From the IMG/VR virus record IMGVR_UViG_3300045988_059671, positions 1 to 34,891 of that record: a stretch of 34,891 nucleotides of DNA. One strand, given 5' to 3'. The stretch comes from a virus. The notes below the pieces were generated by a model. That model was not told where the DNA came from and made no database searches. It saw only the letters and a program-made list of their open reading frames with translations. Numbering within the stretch: position 1 is the stretch's first letter; each line of letters begins with the position of its first letter. Positions 8,989 through 17,606 of the stretch are shown in pieces. The position numbers were made by a program, and so were the translations under genes.

Positions 8989-11559
8989 CTAACCTAAAAC
9001 AGCCACAGGGTTCTCACCTGTACGGCTTGTTTCTTCGATAATGTACGATACAGCAGCCTTGCCAACGTCTTCGATTAGCAAGTTCTTTTCTTGTACTACT
9101 CTAATAAGTGTTGCTAACATGTTCACCACGTCAGCATTTCCGCTTCTTTCGTCCATTACTGTGCGCATTGCATCTTGAATTGTAGTAAGTGGCGCTTCAA
9201 TGTTTGTTCCACTCTTTTGGTCGCCTAATACAGCCAAGAATTCATGGTTAGCTGGAATTACCGCACCATTTGCAAGGTATGGAATGCTTGGGACACCAAT
9301 AGACGGCAACCACGAAAACGGCGATGCACCTAGAATTGAAATGTTTCTTAGTCCATTTAGTGCGCCATTGATAGCGTTAAAAGGAATGGAAACAACTGTA
9401 TTGATACCGCCAATGATATGGTTCACAATGCTCTTAAATGTATTTGCGATTGCTTCCGTTATGCCATGGAAAATAGCACCGCCAGCGCTAAAAACATTCT
9501 TAACGGCTTGCCATGCACCGCCAAATATATCGCCAAACCATTTAGCAACATTACCAAACACTTGTTTGATACCATCCCAAATGCCACCAAAGAAGCCTGT
9601 TACACCATTCCAAACGCCTTTTATAATTTCCCACGCATTAGTGAATATCTTAGTGATACCACCCCACATTTCAGAGGTTGTCTTAGAAATGCTTGTCCAT
9701 ACTTCTTTGATAAACTTCTTCAGGTTTCCAAATGTTTCGTCAAACCATGCTTTTATAGTTTCCCAAATTGCTTTAATGCCGTTTAGCATTCCTTGCATTA
9801 AAAAGCCGCCCAAATCTGCGAAAACCGTGGACGGCGAATGAATGCCAAAGTGTGTTTTTACGGCTTCAATGATTGGCTTACATACATTATCCCAAATCCA
9901 ACCAGCAATGCCTTTTATCGCGTTCCAAATACCTTTTAGAATACCCATTATGATATTCATGCCAACGCTTCCATAGTCGCTATCTTCGATAAAGCCTTTG
10001 AAGTAGTTGAAAATGCCGTCACATACTGAGCCGACAATACCAACCAATAAATCAACACCGGCTAATAATGCGTTAGTAAGGAATGTTACAAAACTTGAAG
10101 CAATACCTCCAGCATCTAAATTGCTGAAGAAGTCCACAATGGCGCTTACGATAAATTCGCCAAGTTGTTTCCAATCATAACTTTGTAACCATTCGCTTGC
10201 TTCATTAAATCCACCAATCAAGAAGTCTGATATGGATTTGGCAATATCGCCATAATCAAGCCCAGTGAAGAAGCCAATCAGGAAGTCAATACCAGCTAAT
10301 GTCTTACGAACTAATAACCGCCCTAGAATGCTAAAATCAATGTTTTCAATAGCATTGTTTAAGAATGTAGCAATATCACTTCCGATTGCATTAAAATCAA
10401 TCGTTTTAAGTGTGTAATAGAGTGTTTGAATAACGCCGTCAATACCCTTGCCAGCCGTTGCACCTATTCCAGCCCAGTCGATACTAGCAAATGCTTCATT
10501 TATCTTTGTTCCGATTGTTACGCCTAGCCCTTGCCAGTCAGCATCTGCAATCATCTTCCATATACCGTCAAGTGCGCCTGTGTCCACGGTTTCAAACATG
10601 GTGTCAAGTCCTGCTGTACCTCCACCACCTCCGCCACCGCCACCGCTTCCAGCGTTAGATTTATCGGATATATCGTTAATTTCATCAATACCAGCTAATG
10701 CGCCCTGTTCTTCTTTTATGGCTTTTGTTGCACCCTTAGCCGCACCTGCCATTTTCTTTTGTTCACTTGATATGCTTGCAATACTCTTTTTAGCCACGAT
10801 GTATGAGCCAGCACCAGTTAAAACCGCAAAGAAATGAGCCACAGCGTTTGCCGCTGATGTAAACCAATCAATGATTTGTGACAATACTGGCGCTATTGCG
10901 TTTACGAGTGGCGCGATCATTGCACCTAAACTATTTGTGAATGCGCCTGTACTCATTTCCAAGCCATTCATAGATGTTTTTAATGCTTCAGAATATTCAA
11001 CAGCATGTCCAAAGCCTTGCGTGATGCCTGATAATACTTGTCGCATTGCCATTCGCAACGCAAGCAATTTAAACATGTTGCCAAGTGAGAAAATCGACTT
11101 GCCTAATGAATTAGCAAATGCATTTGTTTTGCCTTGTTCTTGATTAAACACAAACAGTGCTTTTGTTGCGTTTATCACGCCACCACTTATCGCATTAGTA
11201 ACTTTCCCAAGCGATGCGCCAGCGTTACCGATTGCACCCTTTAATGAAAACTTAGGCGCTTGTTCTTTCGGCAAAATGTCTTTCCCTGTGTTGCTTGGTA
11301 GTGATGCTAATTCATTTTTTACTTCTTCAATGCGCGCTCTCAGTCTTTCAGCATCGCCAATTTCTGCTTCAAGCCTACTTTTTAACTTGCTGTCTTTTCC
11401 ACCGCTTTTCTCAAATGCATCATGTGCTTTATTTACGTTTCTTTCAACCAGCTTCAAATGTGACTCTAAGTCTTTTAATTCAGCCTTAAGTTCCGATGCA
11501 CCCTTTTTGAAATTCGATGTGTCTATTTTTGTATCAAATACAATTCCACCGTCTGACAT
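8989..11559 (-). CDS. Tail tape measure protein
   Basis: 856 aa, largest gene. Helical N-terminus, many small-residue repeats, internal poly-Gly run (GSGGGGGGGGGTAG). Located after the chaperone pair. Confidence 0.85.
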   Translation of the reverse strand: MSDGGIVFDTKIDTSNFKKGASELKAELKDLESHLKLVERNVNKAHDAFEKSGGKDSKLKSRLEAEIGDAERLRARIEEVKNELASLPSNTGKDILPKEQAPKFSLKGAIGNAGASLGKVTNAISGGVINATKALFVFNQEQGKTNAFANSLGKSIFSLGNMFKLLALRMAMRQVLSGITQGFGHAVEYSEALKTSMNGLEMSTGAFTNSLGAMIAPLVNAIAPVLSQIIDWFTSAANAVAHFFAVLTGAGSYIVAKKSIASISSEQKKMAGAAKGATKAIKEEQGALAGIDEINDISDKSNAGSGGGGGGGGGTAGLDTMFETVDTGALDGIWKMIADADWQGLGVTIGTKINEAFASIDWAGIGATAGKGIDGVIQTLYYTLKTIDFNAIGSDIATFLNNAIENIDFSILGRLLVRKTLAGIDFLIGFFTGLDYGDIAKSISDFLIGGFNEASEWLQSYDWKQLGEFIVSAIVDFFSNLDAGGIASSFVTFLTNALLAGVDLLVGIVGSVCDGIFNYFKGFIEDSDYGSVGMNIIMGILKGIWNAIKGIAGWIWDNVCKPIIEAVKTHFGIHSPSTVFADLGGFLMQGMLNGIKAIWETIKAWFDETFGNLKKFIKEVWTSISKTTSEMWGGITKIFTNAWEIIKGVWNGVTGFFGGIWDGIKQVFGNVAKWFGDIFGGAWQAVKNVFSAGGAIFHGITEAIANTFKSIVNHIIGGINTVVSIPFNAINGALNGLRNISILGASPFSWLPSIGVPSIPYLANGAVIPANHEFLAVLGDQKSGTNIEAPLTTIQDAMRTVMDERSGNADVVNMLATLIRVVQEKNLLIEDVGKAAVSYIIEETSRTGENPVAVLG

Positions 11560-11573
11560 TAAAAACCCCCTTT

Positions 11574-12131
11574 CTATTTAAAGCGCTCGTTCAACTTGCG
11601 CATTTCTTCTTTTTCTTTTTCTGTATAAACAGTCTTAAATTCGATTAAATCTTGATTTTCTTTATAAAAGTCTTGTTCCCACTTTTCCAGCTGTTTATGT
11701 TTTGATTTTTTCTGTCTAATATTCAGGATATTAGAAAACAGTCCCTCTTGAATTTCATTGAAATATCCTAAGAAAGACCACCAATGCAAATATGACTCTG
11801 TACGGACTTCCCTACCTGCTACACGATTTATGGCGCTGAAGATAATTTGCTCGTCTTGTTCCCAATCCATTAGTTTTGGCTTGTTCTTGGCTTTGGAATA
11901 GTCTTTTCCACCGTCCATAAACCATGAACATTGCTTGATTGCTTCTTCCACGTCTTCCTGTGCCAAGTTCTCAAAGCCCACTAATGCATCAACCATGACA
12001 TAAATCTTTTCTCTGTCTGATAACTCAACATCATTGCATGCAACTAGCACAATCAAGGCTGTGCGAAAGTCCGTTTCTATGTTTAGTTCTTTACCATTTA
12101 CCGTGATGCTAGTTGGTAATTGCCCTATCAT
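11574..12131 (-). CDS. Tail assembly chaperone (downstream, -1-frame partner)
   Basis: 185 aa. ATG overlaps the stop of the upstream chaperone (ATGA) and lies in the -1 frame relative to it, between the major tail and tape measure genes. Confidence 0.55.
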   Translation of the reverse strand: MIGQLPTSITVNGKELNIETDFRTALIVLVACNDVELSDREKIYVMVDALVGFENLAQEDVEEAIKQCSWFMDGGKDYSKAKNKPKLMDWEQDEQIIFSAINRVAGREVRTESYLHWWSFLGYFNEIQEGLFSNILNIRQKKSKHKQLEKWEQDFYKENQDLIEFKTVYTEKEKEEMRKLNERFK

Positions 12132-12571
12132 TTCTTCTTATATGCCTTGCGGTACTTTTCGATGTTCTTTTGCATCGTCTTAGTTTCTTTTTCGATAAAT
12201 GGCTTTATATACTCAGCGAAAGCCGTCATAAAGTTATTGAAAATAGTGTTCCCATTACTCATGGATAAAGGGTTCTGCTTTCCAAACACAATTTCGCTTG
12301 CACCGTCATAGAAAATGCTGTCAAACTCTGTGCGCATTTCTTGGTTCATTCTGCGTACGGCTTCGGCAATTTCAGGGACAGCTGCTTCACCGTCACTTGT
12401 GATTGTTAGTTCTTCCCCTAGTGTTTTGATTTTTTCTTGGAAATTGTCAGCGACACGCTGAACACGATCTAAAATTCCAATATCACGTACATTTACGCGT
12501 AAAATTCTATTTTTATCATTGTTGATAGTTATTTCTTGAATACCGTCATCAAAATTAATGTTCATAGCCAT
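12128..12571 (-). CDS. Tail assembly chaperone (gpG-like)
   Basis: 147 aa acidic protein between the major tail protein and tape measure. Confidence 0.55.
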   Translation of the reverse strand: MAMNINFDDGIQEITINNDKNRILRVNVRDIGILDRVQRVADNFQEKIKTLGEELTITSDGEAAVPEIAEAVRRMNQEMRTEFDSIFYDGASEIVFGKQNPLSMSNGNTIFNNFMTAFAEYIKPFIEKETKTMQKNIEKYRKAYKKK

Positions 12572-12593
12572 ATTGTTTGGTTTCCTTTCTTAA

Positions 12594-12626
12594 AATAAAA
12601 AAAGGCGGCGCTTTCGCTACCGCCCC
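12594..12626 (-). terminator. Intra-operon rho-independent terminator after major tail protein gene
   Basis: Minus-strand GGCGGtagcgaaagcgCCGCC followed by ttttttttatttt, immediately 3' of the major tail stop (12632). Confidence 0.55.
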
Positions 12627-12631
12627 AACAG

Positions 12632-13135
12632 TTAGTCAGCGGTGAATTTGTTTGTAGTTTCGTTAAACTTGCCCTTTTTACGCTTGCCTGTATAGTGTAC
12701 GTCAAAAGGGATTTGGTAGCCGTCATACTTTCCGCCATAGTCTTTGACTTCCAAATAGACTTCTTCTTCATACGCAACATATGCGCCAGTTGTTCCGTCC
12801 CATGTATGTACTTCCAATGCTGTTGTCTTAACCTCGTCCAACTTCTTGCGGTTGTCCACGATATCCTGTAAGAATGTGTATAAAGCATTCCCCTTTTCTG
12901 CATAGAATGTATCAACTGAGCTGGAAGCATCATAAGAAGAAATCTTGATAGAGTTTTCGCCTAAGATGTTTCTCTTTTTTGTTACTTCGGCATTGAGATT
13001 GATTTTGTATTCTTCTAAATCGTTTCCAATGCGCACATAGTTGGTTGTTGCTGCCTTTGGTGTAGCATTGATGTAATGCACCAAGAATTCACGCCCAATA
13101 GTTCCTGTTTCTACTGTCTTTGCTGGTTCTGGCAT
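12632..13135 (-). CDS. Major tail protein
   Basis: 167 aa. Position before the chaperone pair. Followed by a terminator hairpin, as is typical for highly expressed major tail genes. Confidence 0.65.
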   Translation of the reverse strand: MPEPAKTVETGTIGREFLVHYINATPKAATTNYVRIGNDLEEYKINLNAEVTKKRNILGENSIKISSYDASSSVDTFYAEKGNALYTFLQDIVDNRKKLDEVKTTALEVHTWDGTTGAYVAYEEEVYLEVKDYGGKYDGYQIPFDVHYTGKRKKGKFNETTNKFTAD

Positions 13136-13151
13136 TTTCTAAGCCCTCCTT

Positions 13152-13598
13152 TTATTTGTATATTGTGTAACTCACACCGATTTGAATTTGATACGTCACG
13201 CCATCGTTTATATCCCCGCTTGGCACGCTAAACAGTAAGCCATTTCCAGCGCTAATCTTAGTTATAACGCCGTTCTTTTCTTCACCGTTTACGTTTTCGG
13301 TTATTGCTATGTCTTTAAGCTGGTTTAGGTAATAAGTAAGCGATAGAAGAAAGCCGCTATTGTTCAAGCGATCATAGTCTTCATACGCTTTTCTATCAGC
13401 AAATACACTGAAATTGATGTGATATTTCTTATTACCTAATATATCCCCGCTTACTAGCGATGTACCTAGTGGATATACGCCCGTGTCCATTTCCTTAACG
13501 TCACCAAGTGACATATAGTCAATGTGAATATTGTTGTTGAATTCGTCCATTAAAGGACATTCGGTTAAAATCTTCTTAATTGTTTCAATGACATTCAT
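13152..13598 (-). CDS. Tail/neck component (tail terminator-like)
   Basis: 148 aa ORF between head-tail joining genes and the major tail gene. Assigned by position. Confidence 0.4.
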   Translation of the reverse strand: MNVIETIKKILTECPLMDEFNNNIHIDYMSLGDVKEMDTGVYPLGTSLVSGDILGNKKYHINFSVFADRKAYEDYDRLNNSGFLLSLTYYLNQLKDIAITENVNGEEKNGVITKISAGNGLLFSVPSGDINDGVTYQIQIGVSYTIYK

Positions 13599-14065
13599 TT
13601 GACAAACCTACCTTTCGCTAATCTAGCGGCGGCACGCCCTATGCTTTCGCCGTGGTCTTTCATTGCTCTATCGAACCAATGAGAACCAGCTAATGCATTC
13701 TTTGAAGTGTTATAATTCAGCATTCTTCCAGTTGGGTCGGGTATTTTAGCAACACCCTTGCGACTCCAATGCCTACCCGTACGGGCATCATAGAATGAAC
13801 CCTTTAAGGTGATTGGGTCAACGAAAAGCACGCCGTAATACTGATAGCGTGCGTATGGGGTATTCTGCCTTATCTGTCCCGAACCGATAACCGTTTGTGC
13901 CATCATTGCGTTCTGTAACACGCCATTCATGTTAGGCATGTATGGTAATGATTGGCGCATAACTTCATTGTCTATAAACTTCTGTACTTCGCCACCGTCA
14001 TTGAGTCCATGCTCTGCTAACAGCTGCTCAACTTCTTTGAAGTGTACCTTGCCAACTATTTGCAT
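13595..14065 (-). CDS. Neck/tail completion protein
   Basis: 156 aa, overlaps neighbours by 4 to 10 nt (translational coupling). Confidence 0.4.
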   Translation of the reverse strand: MQIVGKVHFKEVEQLLAEHGLNDGGEVQKFIDNEVMRQSLPYMPNMNGVLQNAMMAQTVIGSGQIRQNTPYARYQYYGVLFVDPITLKGSFYDARTGRHWSRKGVAKIPDPTGRMLNYNTSKNALAGSHWFDRAMKDHGESIGRAAARLAKGRFVK

Positions 14066-14415
14066 GATAGTTCCCAGTGATGCATAGACTGTGTGCCGTA
14101 CTTTTTATAGTCAGCACGCATGATAGTAAATGCGCCAGCTTTTACCAGTTTATCCATGCTTTCTGATTGCTTGCGTGCATCTGTGCTATCTATTTCAATC
14201 TCACATGCACCCTCAATCAGTAAGTCTTTCCCCTTAGTAAACTGTAAGTCTGTGTGTCCCCTAAACATGCACATAGCGCTTTCTTCATACGTGCGCCCTT
14301 GCTTGCTCATGCTTGCTATGCTGGTGTCTGTCAAGAAGCATTTATCAATCAAGATTTTTTTATAACCGTTCTTTTGTAAATAAAGGGTACATGATGTATT
14401 TGCGTACATGATCAT
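14056..14415 (-). CDS. Head closure / head-tail joining protein
   Basis: 119 aa, coupled to flanking genes. Confidence 0.4.
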   Translation of the reverse strand: MIMYANTSCTLYLQKNGYKKILIDKCFLTDTSIASMSKQGRTYEESAMCMFRGHTDLQFTKGKDLLIEGACEIEIDSTDARKQSESMDKLVKAGAFTIMRADYKKYGTQSMHHWELSCK

Positions 14416-14789
14416 ATACCCCTGTAAAGATAGCCCGTCTTACCTAACCACTTTTTAAGAACACTTGCCACTTTTAACGTATAATCACGCTCGATTTCAA
14501 TGTTTGAATTGCCTTTGTAAGTGACGGTATATTCTCCAACTTTCTCGCTTGCAACGCCTAGCGGAACACTTACAGAATTGCTATTTGACTGGCTGAATTG
14601 TACCTCCGCCAATTCACACATAGCCTGCTTCATTTCTTCAATCGGTTCACCGTCAAAGTCAAACTTAATTCTGTTCAGTATTTCGTTACTGGCTTTGTTA
14701 GCGTAAAATTTGAATTCGCTCTCAGGTATCAAAGGGCTTTTTCCTAATAGGTATTGTTCCTTGTAAAACTGATAATCAGCAAATATCAT
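14412..14789 (-). CDS. Head-tail connector/adaptor protein
   Basis: 125 aa, AGGAGGGTG RBS. First small gene after the capsid gene. Confidence 0.45.
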   Translation of the reverse strand: MIFADYQFYKEQYLLGKSPLIPESEFKFYANKASNEILNRIKFDFDGEPIEEMKQAMCELAEVQFSQSNSNSVSVPLGVASEKVGEYTVTYKGNSNIEIERDYTLKVASVLKKWLGKTGYLYRGI

Positions 14790-14801
14790 GCACCCTCCTA
14801 T

Positions 14802-14948
14802 TTACTTCTTTTCTTTTTGTTTCTTTGGTTCTTTCGGCTTCTTTTCTTCCGTTGCTTCTTCTAATTGTGACTCAATAACGGTGGACAATTCACCAGTACA
14901 GATGATTTGTTCCCCACCGTTAAAGAGTACGCCTATGATTTTAGCCAT
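14802..14948 (-). CDS. Small ORF (48 aa, K/E-rich tail) between capsid and connector genes
   Basis: ATG overlaps the capsid stop (TAATG). MAKIIGVLFNGGEQIICTGELSTVIESQLEEATEEKKPKEPKKQKEKK. Not in the ORF track (below its size cutoff). Confidence 0.3.
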   Translation of the reverse strand: MAKIIGVLFNGGEQIICTGELSTVIESQLEEATEEKKPKEPKKQKEKK

Positions 14949-15811
14949 TAAGCCTTAGAGTGAGAGTAGATGCCTGACTTCTTGTTCTCGTACACTTCGT
15001 TGATACCGTACAAGTGGAAGAAGAATTTCCACCAGTCGCCGTCCTGATTTGTTTCAGGGTCAATAATCTTGTTCACGATGTCCTTGGCAACCTGCATGAG
15101 TGCGCTTGGGTGTACGATTTGGAAGTTTAATTCCTTACCAGTTGTAGCCTTTTCAAAGCCGCCCTTTTCTTCACCAGTCTTGCCTGATAGTGACTTGATT
15201 GCTGTATAGAAGCGTGCCTGTGGTACTTTCACAATTGCTGTGAATGATGCTAATACTTCACGTGATTTAGTTGTGTCTAAGTCCTGAATAGCACGTAAGC
15301 CAGTTGGTGTGATGTAAAGGATACGTCCCTCAGCTGGTACTTCTGCATCGTCCATAGCAGCAACCGCTGTGGAAATAGCCTTGAGCCATGCTTCACCTGT
15401 TGCTAAAGCAGCGCTAACAACTGGTGTTCCCTTAGCGCAATATGTTGCAAAACGTGTTGCGTCAATTTCAGGAACAGCCTTTGTTCTGATAAATTCAGAT
15501 GCTAAACGTCCGAAAGCAATCTTTGCTGTTTCAATGTCGTCCATTTTATCAACTTGGAACACACGCGCACGGTCAAAGTTAGGTGCTTTTGTTTCAAAGT
15601 CTAATGTTACTGAACCCATAGGGTAGCCATTTACACGGCTATATTCACCTAATCCGTCCATTTCCATTTTTGGAATTAAGAATTCCTTACCATTTGCTGT
15701 CATTTGTAAAAGACTTGTATCGCTGTCTAATACGGCTGTAAGTGATGCTTGCTTATAGACTGTGTCTAAAAGGTCGATGTAATTCTTAAATAATTGAATG
15801 TTGTTTGGCAT
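14948..15811 (-). CDS. Major capsid protein
   Basis: 287 aa, directly after the scaffold gene, strong RBS (AGGAGGGC). Confidence 0.7.
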   Translation of the reverse strand: MPNNIQLFKNYIDLLDTVYKQASLTAVLDSDTSLLQMTANGKEFLIPKMEMDGLGEYSRVNGYPMGSVTLDFETKAPNFDRARVFQVDKMDDIETAKIAFGRLASEFIRTKAVPEIDATRFATYCAKGTPVVSAALATGEAWLKAISTAVAAMDDAEVPAEGRILYITPTGLRAIQDLDTTKSREVLASFTAIVKVPQARFYTAIKSLSGKTGEEKGGFEKATTGKELNFQIVHPSALMQVAKDIVNKIIDPETNQDGDWWKFFFHLYGINEVYENKKSGIYSHSKA

Positions 15812-15824
15812 TTTCTAAGCCCTC

Positions 15825-16373
15825 CTATTTTTCTTTAATTCCCATTACGGATTTTGCAAAATCAAGCGCTGTATTGCTTGCATTTGTATTGCTTGCTGTA
15901 CTTGAAACAGCGTTTTTTACTGGTTCGGTAGAAGTAAATAAGTAATCATGCTCACCCTTTACCGCTTCAATAGCGCTCTTGATGTCTGCTTCTTGGTTCT
16001 TGGAAGCCTTTAATGCTTCAATGTCCAAGAATGGCATGATTGCTTTTGCTTCACGTCCTCCAGCTGTTGTTACTGTCTTTGCTAACAAGTCGTTGAAGTT
16101 TCTATCTGCGATTTGCTTTTCAAAGTCCGCTTTCTGTGATGCTAGTTTTTCGTTTAGATCACTTACCTGCTTAGAAAGTTCTTCAGGCTTTAATTCTTGC
16201 AACTTCTTAAGTTCCGCTTGTGTTGAAGTAAACTGTGCTTTATAGTCTTCTAATTCTTTCTTAGCGTTCTCTAATTCGCCCTTTGCACTGTTTACGTCTT
16301 GTCCGTTCATCTTAAAAACTTCATTGATTTGTTCGTCAGTTAGTCCCAACTTTTGCAATTCTTCTTTTTTCAT
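15825..16373 (-). CDS. Scaffold protein
   Basis: 182 aa, K/E/A/L-rich coiled-coil (MKKEELQKLGLTDEQINEVF...). Located between MuF and the capsid gene. Confidence 0.7.
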   Translation of the reverse strand: MKKEELQKLGLTDEQINEVFKMNGQDVNSAKGELENAKKELEDYKAQFTSTQAELKKLQELKPEELSKQVSDLNEKLASQKADFEKQIADRNFNDLLAKTVTTAGGREAKAIMPFLDIEALKASKNQEADIKSAIEAVKGEHDYLFTSTEPVKNAVSSTASNTNASNTALDFAKSVMGIKEK

Positions 16374-16450
16374 TTCTTCCTCCTATTAGGCGTTGTTAAA
16401 GCAGGTCGCCAATCTGCTAAAGAGTCACTATTTAAGGCATAGTTGCCAAT

Positions 16451-16474
16451 AGAAAAAAGCGCATATAGCGCTTT
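16451..16474 (-). terminator. Intra-operon hairpin/terminator overlapping the MuF stop
   Basis: Perfect AAAGCGCatataGCGCTTT hairpin followed on the minus strand by ttttttcta. Confidence 0.5.
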
Positions 16475-17606
16475 AGTCTTTTGTAAATACCCTTGCCATT
16501 TCTTCAGGCAAGCCCATTGCTTTCGCAAATTCTTTATAGTCGTTGTATGTTGCTGTTCTGCGGTTCTTCATAATCGTTATATCCGCTTTATCAGCATTAC
16601 CCTTTTTGAGCAGCGCTATTCGTTCGTCCTGAACACGCATTCGTCTTTCTAATGCACGCATGCGTTGCGTTGCTTCATATAGAGTGTATTCCTTACCGCC
16701 GTATTCGTGCGTTTCTAGCGTTCTTTGGTACAGTTTGGATAATTCTTCATCTGTGTATCTTCGCTCGCTAAAACCACTCACAAATGGCATGTAATGGTGA
16801 TAACAATTCACACCACACAATCCGCCAGCTTCGCCCAATCCGCAAATGTCTATGAGTTGCTGTTTGGTGTATATCTTGCCTTGCCATAGTGCATGCGATG
16901 GTCTAGCTGTTGGGTGTGCTGATACTTCAAATAACTCTGTGTGTAGTTTTTCAGCGTTATCATCTTCAATCTTTGCTGTGACTTGTCGCATACCAGTCAT
17001 AACGGCACGCCTTACGGCAACATCTATGCGATCATGTCTTCCGCTTTCGTATTCGATGTAACGTACACCACTAGCCGTCAATTCGTTTACGGTCTTTTTT
17101 AGCGCTGTATTATAGTCAAATGCGCCCGTTGATACTTCTATCAAAGTTTTATTCAATAACTCACCATAATAGCCCTGTACGCTCTTGAATTGCCCGTCCA
17201 CCGTAAAGCCTAATGCGTTGGTGATGTTCCTAATGTCTGATAGCGTTTGTTTCTGCACGGCTTCCATTAGTTGCAATAGTTCTGCATTCTCTGATAACGG
17301 TACAAAGTCCACGCCAACGCCTTTATAAAGCGCTTCATCGCGTGCATACCCGTCAGCAATTACACGCTCATACAATTCTTTCATCTGCGCATCGGATAAA
17401 TCTAAAGCGTGTTGTATGAGTTTCCGATAGTCTTTATTAAAGCCGTTCAACTGTGACAAGCGGTATAGTTCATAATCTGCTGTACGTGTGATGTGTCCAG
17501 CCTGTTCTATTCTTCTGATAATGTCGGCAAGTATCTCGCTTTCCAACCGTTGCATTGATTGCGCTAGAAATTCAGGTACTTTTTTTAGGTCTTCTTCACT
17601 GAACAT
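16473..17606 (-). CDS. Head morphogenesis protein (SPP1 gp7 / Mu F-like minor capsid protein)
   Basis: 377 aa immediately after the portal (1-nt overlap). Conserved MuF-like core (…RYIEYESGRHDRIDVAVRRAVMTGMRQ…ARPSHALWQGKIY…). No C-terminal toxin extension. Confidence 0.7.
   Translation of the reverse strand: MFSEEDLKKVPEFLAQSMQRLESEILADIIRRIEQAGHITRTADYELYRLSQLNGFNKDYRKLIQHALDLSDAQMKELYERVIADGYARDEALYKGVGVDFVPLSENAELLQLMEAVQKQTLSDIRNITNALGFTVDGQFKSVQGYYGELLNKTLIEVSTGAFDYNTALKKTVNELTASGVRYIEYESGRHDRIDVAVRRAVMTGMRQVTAKIEDDNAEKLHTELFEVSAHPTARPSHALWQGKIYTKQQLIDICGLGEAGGLCGVNCYHHYMPFVSGFSERRYTDEELSKLYQRTLETHEYGGKEYTLYEATQRMRALERRMRVQDERIALLKKGNADKADITIMKNRRTATYNDYKEFAKAMGLPEEMARVFTKD

Noticed and set aside
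9200-9841. Long + strand ORFs (9200..9841, 10448..10837, 20246..20773, 22801..23229, 23033..23371, 31257..31631, 32304..32696 and similar)
   Set aside because: All lie antisense inside well-supported - strand genes (tape measure, terL, ParB-like, Ant etc.). They lack RBSs and have low-complexity or hydrophobic translations typical of antisense frames.
10614-10650. GGN x9 run encoding GSGGGGGGGGGTAG in the tape measure gene
   Set aside because: In-frame low-complexity Gly linker, not a CRISPR repeat, homopolymer contingency tract or satellite. Common in tape measure proteins.
12562-12933. 123-aa - strand ORF overlapping the major tail gene
   Set aside because: Different frame, fully nested in 12632..13135, no RBS. 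The major tail ORF has the expected size and position.
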